Source of the DNA: Candidatus Hermodarchaeota archaeon
GTDB lineage: Archaea; Asgardarchaeota; Hermodarchaeia; Hermodarchaeales; Hermodarchaeaceae
Assembly (NCBI GenBank): GCA_016839805.1
Contig: JAEOTO010000031.1
Span: forward strand, 64,001-128,000
Direction of reading: 5' to 3'
DNA length: 64,000 nt
Every line of letters begins with the position of its first letter. Position 1 is the first letter of the stretch. Under the pieces are notes generated by a model that saw only the letters and a program-made list of their open reading frames with translations, was not told the origin of the DNA and did not search any database. Shown here piece by piece: positions 10,110 through 17,915 of this stretch. The translations under genes and the position numbers were made by a program.

Positions 10110-11141
10110 TCAGGAGGATTTCAACACTTCTGGGTTGGCTAAGTATTTGGGCGTTTCTCCCTTTAAGAATCGATCAATATCTGTGGCAATAATCATGGAT
10201 TGTCGGTATATGACATCAATTGTGTTTCCACCAATATGAGGCGTCACGGTAACATTATCAAATTGAAGAAACCGGTTATCTGAACCTACAGGTTCCCGTG
10301 AATGAACATCTAATCCCGCACCTGCAATCTTACCAGATTGGATAGCTTTGAAGAGTGCATCTTCATCAAGAATTGCGGATCGAGCCGTGTTAATAAGATG
10401 CGCTGTGGGTTTCATCAAAGAAAGTTGCTCCTCACCAATCATGCGAAACGTTTCCGGGTTGGCCTGTACGTGGAGAGTAACAAAATCCGATTCCTGTAAC
10501 AGCGTTTCCAAATCCACTTTTTCAGCATTAACTTGCTTTCCCTGTTTTGCAGTGACATATGGATCATAAAAGAGGAGTCGCGTTTCAAAGCCTTGAAGAC
10601 GTTTTGCGACAATAGTACCAATTTGACCTAACCCGATGATGCCGATAGTACTGCGACCCAATTCACTTCCCTTCAGCGAATCAAAGATTTTTGTAAAGTC
10701 TTCCGCACTCTGTATCTGTACTTTACCGGATTTTAGAAGTCGATCAGTTTGGATGAGCTTCCGGGCTTGAGCTAACATTAGAAGAAGAGTTAGATCCGCC
10801 ACGGAGTCGTTATTCCGACCTGGGGCATAAAAAACAGGAACACCGTTTGCAGTAGCAGCTTCGATATCTATTTCTTTAGGTGAATTTCGGGCGCAACCGA
10901 CAAACTTCAGTGATGAGCCCTCGAAGACCTCATCAGTCACCGCATCTGCTTCAACAATCACTGCATCAGCTTTTTCTTTCTTTAATTTCTTAAGCAGTTC
11001 TTCTCCCCAGTATACTCGATTTGTACTCCGCCAGTCTTCATAAATAATTGTACCATGGTGGTGAAGAATTTCAAGACCTGATTTGTGTAATGAGGCAGTG
11101 ATTAGAATTCGCATCCTCTTTGGGTCCTTCAATGAGTTCAA
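10110..11141 (-). CDS. D-isomer-specific 2-hydroxyacid dehydrogenase
   Basis: GIIGLGQIG, INTAR, GAGLDV..EP, TPHIGG. Confidence 0.9.
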   Translation of the reverse strand: MNSLKDPKRMRILITASLHKSGLEILHHHGTIIYEDWRSTNRVYWGEELLKKLKKEKADAVIVEADAVTDEVFEGSSLKFVGCARNSPKEIDIEAATANGVPVFYAPGRNNDSVADLTLLLMLAQARKLIQTDRLLKSGKVQIQSAEDFTKIFDSLKGSELGRSTIGIIGLGQIGTIVAKRLQGFETRLLFYDPYVTAKQGKQVNAEKVDLETLLQESDFVTLHVQANPETFRMIGEEQLSLMKPTAHLINTARSAILDEDALFKAIQSGKIAGAGLDVHSREPVGSDNRFLQFDNVTVTPHIGGNTIDVIYRQSMIIATDIDRFLKGETPKYLANPEVLKSS

Positions 11142-11142
11142 A

Positions 11143-11478
11143 TTACATCAAAATTTGGAGCTTAAGAAGATCTGTCATACTCCCCTTTGCCTTAAGCTTT
11201 CCAACAGAGTAAGCATCTAAGGGACTGAGATCTCCATTCATAATACCAATGAGAGTACCACTATCAGTAGTCACTAAGAGATTGGGTTTCTCCAATTTAC
11301 CTTCAGTAAACGGATCCATCAACCCATTGTGAACCCGTGTATGAAAACTAATCTCGAGATCTGTGAACTGGAATTGGAGCGTTCGATCAAATCCTTTGAA
11401 CAGAGGTTTCGTGGCGGGTTCATCAAATTTTCTTCGTACACCTTCAAGAACTTCCAAGACTTCTGCTTTGGTAGCCAT
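11143..11478 (-). CDS. SCP2 sterol-carrier domain protein
   Basis: LQFQF, P.LLVTTDS.TL.GI.NG.LSP..AY..GKLK.KG...DLLKL signature. Confidence 0.85.
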   Translation of the reverse strand: MATKAEVLEVLEGVRRKFDEPATKPLFKGFDRTLQFQFTDLEISFHTRVHNGLMDPFTEGKLEKPNLLVTTDSGTLIGIMNGDLSPLDAYSVGKLKAKGSMTDLLKLQILM

Positions 11479-11608
11479 TAGTGGATTTCACCTAGTAGGC
11501 TATTCAATATCGCAATTAGGTTAAAAACGCACCCCCCTTTCAGAATTAGAGATTGCCTTTGTGAGAGAATCTCTAAAATACTGATGACATTGATCTCTTC
11601 ATCAATGA

Positions 11609-11971
11609 TTATATTGTAAGAAACGGGACAATAGTAAAGCATACTATAGACAAAGCGATGAGGATAGCTGCTGCTATTAGGACAATAATACTGCTGTCTG
11701 TTTGTTCCTGACGCCTATCAGAAAAATGATGCATCGTATCGCGCGTTGCTGGAGGATTTGCTGCATACCGATAAGTAGCCAAACCCTCAATAAAGGACGT
11801 CCGCAAACATCCCCCAAAGAGCAGAAGAATAATGCCCACAAAAAGCAGCGATAGTGCAAAGGTAACAAGAGACCAGATATGAAATACCAGGAATGAACCA
11901 ATTGCTGCGAGGGGTACACAGATGACTAGGACAATTAGTAAGCGTTTTCCAAAATAAGACCAATCCATCAA
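11609..11971 (-). CDS. Hypothetical membrane protein (3 TM)
   Basis: Three hydrophobic segments; GAGG upstream. Confidence 0.6.
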   Translation of the reverse strand: MMDWSYFGKRLLIVLVICVPLAAIGSFLVFHIWSLVTFALSLLFVGIILLLFGGCLRTSFIEGLATYRYAANPPATRDTMHHFSDRRQEQTDSSIIVLIAAAILIALSIVCFTIVPFLTI

Positions 11972-12060
11972 ACAGCCTCAATAAATTAGAAAAAAATATT
12001 GTAAAAAAGTTATGGGATTATGACAATAATTCTACAGTATTATGTCAAGTGTTGTGAGTA

Positions 12061-12897
12061 CTAGTTGTGCGAACACTGTTGCTTGAAATTCTCATAGGCT
12101 CGCGCTTCGTCAGTCTTGTACGTTTCTAGCCGCGTAATAAGCAAATCAAAGTCTACTTTATGGGCATCAAATTCTGGACCATCCACACACGCGAACTTTG
12201 TCTTGCCACCTACCTCTACACGGCAGGCCCCGCACATCCCGGTTCCATCAACCATTATTGGATTTAAACTACACTCCGTTTTCACGCCAAACGGTTTAGT
12301 TGTGGATGCTACGAACTTCATCATGATTGGTGGTCCCACGGTGAAAACATAATCGATTTGCCGTCCAGATTCAAGGATTTCGTTCAGCTTTGTAGTCACG
12401 AAACCCTTGGAGCCTTTTGAACCGTCATCCGTTGTTATATGAATTTCGTCACTAATTTGACCTAATTCTAACTCACAGACAAGGAGATCATCTTGACGGG
12501 CACCTAATATCGTGATCAGATAATTTCCAGCTTCTTTTAATTGCCGAGCCCGTGGCAGTGAAGGAGCTGCGCCACATCCACCTGCTACAACAATAACTGT
12601 GCCATATTTCTTCACATCAGGTGCAGTACCAAGTGGACCCAAGATATCATGAATGATATCACCGGCTTTGCAGTTGGCGAATTCTAAGGTAGATTTCCCA
12701 ACAACCTGAAATACAATCGTAATAGTTCCTTTACCACTGTCCCAATCTTTAAGGGTTAAAGGAATGCGTTCTCCATGCTCATGGAGTCGATAAATGAGAA
12801 ATTGACCAGGTCGAGCCTTTACCGCAATTTCAGGAGCTTCAATATCAAACTCAAAGATGTCAAGGGCAATTTGCCGTGTTGCCAAAATTTTGAACAT
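12061..12897 (-). CDS. nfnA: NfnA/SudB-like FAD/[2Fe-2S] subunit
   Basis: PGQF, ERIPLT, GPLG, MVDGTGMCGACR, CVDGPEF; start trimmed to MFKIL behind a GGAG SD. Confidence 0.9.
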   Translation of the reverse strand: MFKILATRQIALDIFEFDIEAPEIAVKARPGQFLIYRLHEHGERIPLTLKDWDSGKGTITIVFQVVGKSTLEFANCKAGDIIHDILGPLGTAPDVKKYGTVIVVAGGCGAAPSLPRARQLKEAGNYLITILGARQDDLLVCELELGQISDEIHITTDDGSKGSKGFVTTKLNEILESGRQIDYVFTVGPPIMMKFVASTTKPFGVKTECSLNPIMVDGTGMCGACRVEVGGKTKFACVDGPEFDAHKVDFDLLITRLETYKTDEARAYENFKQQCSHN

Positions 12898-13105
12898 CAG
12901 TAGGTCTCCTATCACTATTAGGTGGATTACCCGTTTGCGAGGTGTTAAAGGCTGGTGTATAAAGATTGTCAATGTTTGATGCATTGATTTGATTTCTATC
13001 AGAGTTTCAAACCTTGGAAAGGAAAAAGAATAACGACTTGTAATCAGAAATGCGTTGGTGAAAATAGAGTTTATCCAAACAATGAGTGCAATTCAATGAA
13101 GAAAA

Positions 13106-13834
13106 TTATTCCCGAATATCGATATTGAGCTTGTCTACTGTGTAAGAATGGGGTTCGTAGGTTTTTGATTCGTAGCGACCTCCAGCCTTCTTAACACGTA
13201 AAGTGCGCACATTGTCAGATTTAGTGAGTTCCATTACAACTTGTGTTGTGTGTTCTATTGCAGCTAGGAACTCCTTCATGTGGGCATTTCGGTTGATTGT
13301 CCAATAAGCCAAGGTTTTGTAAGCATATAACGCGGGGCAGATATGGCTGAAGAATGCCCGTGCATTATCAGGACCCCAGATCACTTCCATTGCAGTAAGG
13401 CTGTTAAATACGAGGCGGGTTCCATCACTGATAAATTCACGTTCGATACGACCAAAGAAGTGATGAAACCGTTCCATATCCCGGGACATTGGAATTTTCC
13501 GAATCCATGAAGGGGCCTTATCGTAGAAATCAGTGAAGATTAGTTCGCCACGTCCACCAGATTCAGTGAAACAGTCCAATACTAGTAAATGGTCTTCCCA
13601 CCCCTGCGGTAAGGAGTCAACCAGAGGTTTTAGAAACAGGAGTAAGGCTTGTGGTGGATAAATGAAGTCTAAATAAATGACTTGATTCTTTTCTGCGATG
13701 CCTTGTCGCATGAAATTATGAGAGAATTCGTTTACGAAAGTTCCGGTTTCATATTCCCAGACAACATTTTCGCCTAATATGAGACCTTTTTCAAGGACTT
13801 TATCAAGTCCTGGTATGCCGGTTGAACAACGCAT
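13106..13834 (-). CDS. KaiC/RAD55-like ATPase-fold protein with degenerate Walker A
   Basis: STGIPGLDKVL..GL..G opening and RLVFNSLT / LRVKK.GG pattern; P-loop position reads EYETGTFV (no GK[T/S]). Confidence 0.7.
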   Translation of the reverse strand: MRCSTGIPGLDKVLEKGLILGENVVWEYETGTFVNEFSHNFMRQGIAEKNQVIYLDFIYPPQALLLFLKPLVDSLPQGWEDHLLVLDCFTESGGRGELIFTDFYDKAPSWIRKIPMSRDMERFHHFFGRIEREFISDGTRLVFNSLTAMEVIWGPDNARAFFSHICPALYAYKTLAYWTINRNAHMKEFLAAIEHTTQVVMELTKSDNVRTLRVKKAGGRYESKTYEPHSYTVDKLNIDIRE

Positions 13835-13894
13835 AGATTTCCATCCAATTTAATGGACTACAAACAATCCATTATATGTATGGCTGTTGTTTGA

Positions 13895-13940
13895 TGTACA
13901 TAAGTGAACAAAATGAACACAAGCTTTGAATAGTTGAACA
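13895..13940. promoter_or_regulatory. Cluster of TGWACA boxes in the divergent kaiC-like/gdh promoter
   Basis: TGTACA at 13895; TGAACA at 13905, 13914 and 13935. Confidence 0.6.
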
Positions 13941-13970
13941 TGATATTCTAACTTAACCAGGTGAAGATAA

Positions 13971-15731
13971 ATGCTGAACCTGGTTGAACTTACTCCACTA
14001 GAATTGGGTTTGAAGAAGTTGATGGTTGACTTCTTCGTTGATAAACCTCAATACACCGCGGGTCTCGAACAGTTCACATCTGCTCATTACGCATTAATGA
14101 CCGCGCTTTCTCAGAATTTCAAGATTCCCATGGAAGACACTACTCAAGTGTTTGACAGTCTAGCTACAAAGATCCGCAGTGCTGAATATATGAAAGTTGA
14201 ATGTCCTGACACAAGTAGAAGGAATAGCTGCTTATCGCGTAAGGAACTTGACATGCTGAACATTATGATTGAGTATTTCGGTGAGGAGTCCTTCGCGGAA
14301 TCGAGCTTTCTTTCCGATCGAAGGGAAGCATTAGTTGATCATTATCACTGGATTAACGGTGGTGATATTGAAGAAGCATGGAGTTGCTGTAACGATTTAA
14401 TTGAAAAAATCGAAACCTCAACCGCTATAAAAATTGAAACGCTCAATTCAGTCACCCCAAAGCCTAACCCTTACGAAGCTGCGCTTCAACAACTGGATCT
14501 CGCTGCCGAAAAACTGGGTTTGGACCCGGCCACCCACGAAATTCTTCGTCATCCGCAACGCATTCTCATTGTCACTGTACCTGTTCACATGGATGATGGT
14601 AGTGTCCGTGTGTTTACGGGATATCGATCACAGTACAATGATGCCTTAGGTCCTACTAAAGGCGGAATTCGCTATCATCCCGAAGTAACTTTAGATGAGG
14701 TTATTGCCTTATCAGCTTGGATGACGTTTAAAACCGCAGTCGTGGGTCTGCCTTTGGGTGGCGGTAAAGGCGGGATACGGTGTAATCCCAAAGAGATGTC
14801 TATTGGTGAATTGGAGCGTTTAACACGTGGATATACACGAGAATTAGTTCGATTCATTGGTCCCCAAACCGATATTCCTGCACCTGATGTGTATACCGAT
14901 TCACAGACGATGACTTGGATTATGGATGAATACGCGGAATGCACTGGAGTATACTGTCCAGGTGTCGTTACAGGAAAACCGGTAGGAATTGGTGGTTCAC
15001 AAGGCCGTAATGACGCCACATCACGCGGTCTTGTTTATACTATCATTGATGCCTTAGAACAACTCGGTATTGCTCTAAAAGATACACGTGTCGTAGTTCA
15101 AGGCTTTGGAAATGTTGGTTTCCATGCCGCTCGAATCCTTTCTGAACTTGGTAGTAAAATCATTGCAGTTTCAGATTCAAAGGGTGGCATCTACAACCCG
15201 GAAGGATTGGATCCAGTAAAAGTCAAGGAACACAAAAACCAGACACGCTCAGTTATCCAATATCCTGGTGCTCATCCTCTCAGTAACCACGATCTTCTTG
15301 AACTCGATTGTGAGATTCTTATTCCAGCAGCATTGGAGAATGTAATTACTGAAGAAAACGCCCCACGGATTAAAGCGAAAATAATTGCCGAAGGCGCCAA
15401 TGGCCCGACGACTCCTAAAGCAGATGAAATCATCCATCAAAAAGGAATCTTTCTCATTCCTGACATCCTTGCTAATGCTGGTGGCGTTACGGTGAGTTAT
15501 TTTGAAATGGTCCAAAATCAAATGAACTACTTCTGGACCGTTGAAGAGGTTCATAGCAAACTCGAGAAAATCATGCAAACTGCTTTTCGTGACGTCTTTG
15601 CGATATCCAAAGAACAGGATGTACCAATGAGGATTGCTGCGTACATGCTTGCTGTTAGTCGTATAGGTTATGCCTTTAGAACAAGGAAGCGCTCACTAAT
15701 TATAGACCGAAACACCAGTCCTAACAAATAG
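13971..15731 (+). CDS. gdhA: Glutamate dehydrogenase with a ~165-aa N-terminal extension
   Basis: GPTKGGIRYHP, GGGKGG, DIPAPD, QGFGNVG, EGANGP, PDILANAGGV; GGTGA SD before the upstream ATG. Confidence 0.93.
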   Translation: MLNLVELTPLELGLKKLMVDFFVDKPQYTAGLEQFTSAHYALMTALSQNFKIPMEDTTQVFDSLATKIRSAEYMKVECPDTSRRNSCLSRKELDMLNIMIEYFGEESFAESSFLSDRREALVDHYHWINGGDIEEAWSCCNDLIEKIETSTAIKIETLNSVTPKPNPYEAALQQLDLAAEKLGLDPATHEILRHPQRILIVTVPVHMDDGSVRVFTGYRSQYNDALGPTKGGIRYHPEVTLDEVIALSAWMTFKTAVVGLPLGGGKGGIRCNPKEMSIGELERLTRGYTRELVRFIGPQTDIPAPDVYTDSQTMTWIMDEYAECTGVYCPGVVTGKPVGIGGSQGRNDATSRGLVYTIIDALEQLGIALKDTRVVVQGFGNVGFHAARILSELGSKIIAVSDSKGGIYNPEGLDPVKVKEHKNQTRSVIQYPGAHPLSNHDLLELDCEILIPAALENVITEENAPRIKAKIIAEGANGPTTPKADEIIHQKGIFLIPDILANAGGVTVSYFEMVQNQMNYFWTVEEVHSKLEKIMQTAFRDVFAISKEQDVPMRIAAYMLAVSRIGYAFRTRKRSLIIDRNTSPNK

Positions 15732-15782
15732 ATTATATCTTCCCTCAGGCAGCTTTATGCTGTCTGTCTTACCATTTTTTGA

Positions 15783-15830
15783 TGTACATTCGAGTTTGTG
15801 TAATGTACAACATTAATAAACTAGTGTACA
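15783..15830. promoter_or_regulatory. Three TGTACA palindromes at exact 21-bp spacing around a TATA-like TTAATAAA
   Basis: TGTACA at 15783, 15804 and 15825; TTAATAAA at 15813-15820. Confidence 0.7.
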
Positions 15831-15854
15831 TTGGCGTGAAATGAGGATTTTTTC

Positions 15855-17795
15855 ATGCCTGTTCATATACACACCACCATCCCCGAAAAATCAGCAGAAA
15901 TTTTGAATCAACTAACAGGTACTTATGGAACGAAAAGCCGAGTTCTAGAGAAAGCATTAGAAACCATGACACGCGTTGAGAAGGTCGGCTCCTGTGATGA
16001 TTGTACGTTTAAGGCGCAAATAGAAGAGCGGATGAAATTACGTGAGGCTTTGGAATTAACTTCGATCCGAAAAGATTTGCTTGATGAGCTCCTTAGGGTT
16101 GCTCTTTCAGATCTCACAATGAGTGAATTTATTCAATGGCAAAGAAACGATGCCCAAAACACTATTGAACTCATTCAGAGCTCGATACAGTGGAAGCCAC
16201 CAACTGAATTTCGGGATTTCCTTTCGTTAATTGACCAAATAAGTGAAATTACCCGGCTATTTGATGTCGCTTCACACCGTGAAATGGACAAAACCATCGT
16301 ACTTAGGCCAATCGTATTTCTAAGAATGCCTGAACTGGTAGCATTTCAATTAGCGATCATTCTTGAAGGGATTGGTGTTTACTTCGATCTACGCATAATG
16401 CGAAAAGAAATAATCTTGAAAATGCTTCGAAAGGAGTTAGCAAGTGTCCGAAGAAGTAATCCATTACAATTCATTTCTGAGCGGATGGATGATAAATTCG
16501 GGTCACTTAAACCCCAATTATTCAAGGATCAATTAGTGCTTGTTGGTCCTGCCTTTCTGAAATGGGCCGCTCAAAGCCTCGAGGAATCAATTGCCGATTT
16601 AGGATCTGTAATCGAAGATATTCGGTTGTCCATCAAACCTGCTGAATTCTCGGATAATCCTAAGGAATTCATTGATGGATTAATGCGCGCCGGACGGAAT
16701 ATGAATTGGATAACCCAGGTAAATACCACTCAAGAGTCTGAGAACAACTTTCGTATTAACTTTCAGGCAACATCACCTTCCATGGCGAATATCGCTACAG
16801 TCACCTTTGCGTTAATTCTCGCAACGAAAGGATGGAAGCTCATCCGCTATTCCACCGAGTATGATAATGGGAATATTGTTGTTGAATTCGTTGGGGAAGG
16901 AAGTCAAGAGGTCTTAGACCAGTTAATCGAAATGAACCTGTTTCGAGTCGTTAATCAACAATTTCTTGATTCTATACCGGTTCCCCGAGAACTTTTTGAT
17001 ACATTTGCTATTAAGGTTTACGATAGTGATCGCCGGCGTTTTGAAGAAATCTATCGTAATATTGGCTTTCGCATCGCAAATGCAATTAGAATGTTAGCAA
17101 AGAACGATGAAGAAAAGATTGGACGGCTTATTCGAAGCTACATTGAAAAAAATGTTCATGAAGCACAATCAAATGCTGAACTTCGATTTGTCGATGATGA
17201 AACCTTTTCGGTAGTATTCAGGCAAATGGAGCCAATAACAATAACTAGTCAACAAATAGTAATCAAATCAATGTTGGAGGCACTCGGTTACGAAGTCTCG
17301 GTAACAACATTTCAAAACCTCCTAAACGTGAAAATGAAAAAGGTTGGCAAGCCCCTTCTAGGTCCTCTCCATCGTAGTGAAGTTGTTCAGATGGTGAGTG
17401 ATGCAATTGCTGCTGATTCATTAAAAGATGCGTTGAATCAAGTTAAACCAACATTGGATAAACTGTTTCCTGTTGAATATCCTTGGACGATTCACGAGAT
17501 TGGAGATCGCCTCCTTGACATGTATCGTGAGTTGGGGATTCAAGTTGAAATTGAATACTTTGAAGGAGGATTCACACTCAAATACCGAACGTGCCCCTAT
17601 TACAAACTCGTCGCTAATAATCAAAAAACCTGGCTCTGTAAATTCCGTAAGAAAGCTATTGAATACATCCTATCCCGAGTTACACGTACTGGCAAAGGAA
17701 GAATCAAGGTAATCAAATCGCTCATAGAGGACGGAACACATCCCTGTGAGTATGCAGTTTTTCTTGAAGAATTCTTAGCGAAGTCTCCGGGTTAG
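15855..17795 (+). CDS. Putative transcriptional regulator: RHH-like N-terminus, CxxC, repeated alpha/beta modules, C-terminal V4R-like Cys domain
   Basis: VHIHTTIP-helix-GTKSRVLEKAL; CDDC; C-terminal TCPY...LC...SL..G..PCEY. Confidence 0.55.
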   Translation: MPVHIHTTIPEKSAEILNQLTGTYGTKSRVLEKALETMTRVEKVGSCDDCTFKAQIEERMKLREALELTSIRKDLLDELLRVALSDLTMSEFIQWQRNDAQNTIELIQSSIQWKPPTEFRDFLSLIDQISEITRLFDVASHREMDKTIVLRPIVFLRMPELVAFQLAIILEGIGVYFDLRIMRKEIILKMLRKELASVRRSNPLQFISERMDDKFGSLKPQLFKDQLVLVGPAFLKWAAQSLEESIADLGSVIEDIRLSIKPAEFSDNPKEFIDGLMRAGRNMNWITQVNTTQESENNFRINFQATSPSMANIATVTFALILATKGWKLIRYSTEYDNGNIVVEFVGEGSQEVLDQLIEMNLFRVVNQQFLDSIPVPRELFDTFAIKVYDSDRRRFEEIYRNIGFRIANAIRMLAKNDEEKIGRLIRSYIEKNVHEAQSNAELRFVDDETFSVVFRQMEPITITSQQIVIKSMLEALGYEVSVTTFQNLLNVKMKKVGKPLLGPLHRSEVVQMVSDAIAADSLKDALNQVKPTLDKLFPVEYPWTIHEIGDRLLDMYRELGIQVEIEYFEGGFTLKYRTCPYYKLVANNQKTWLCKFRKKAIEYILSRVTRTGKGRIKVIKSLIEDGTHPCEYAVFLEEFLAKSPG

Positions 17796-17915
17796 ACTAT
17801 ATGAGAGTGAAAATGTGGTTAAACTGGAAGGGTACATAGAGGGTATGAATAGGGGAATTAAAACACGAATTCGGTTGAATGTGTAAAAACGTGTAGAAAA
17901 ACAGAGGAATAATGA

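Noticed and set aside
12012-12021. 10-nt match (ATGGGATTAT) to the putative omegaRNA guide
   Set aside because: Too short to be meaningful and not preceded by the inferred TAM
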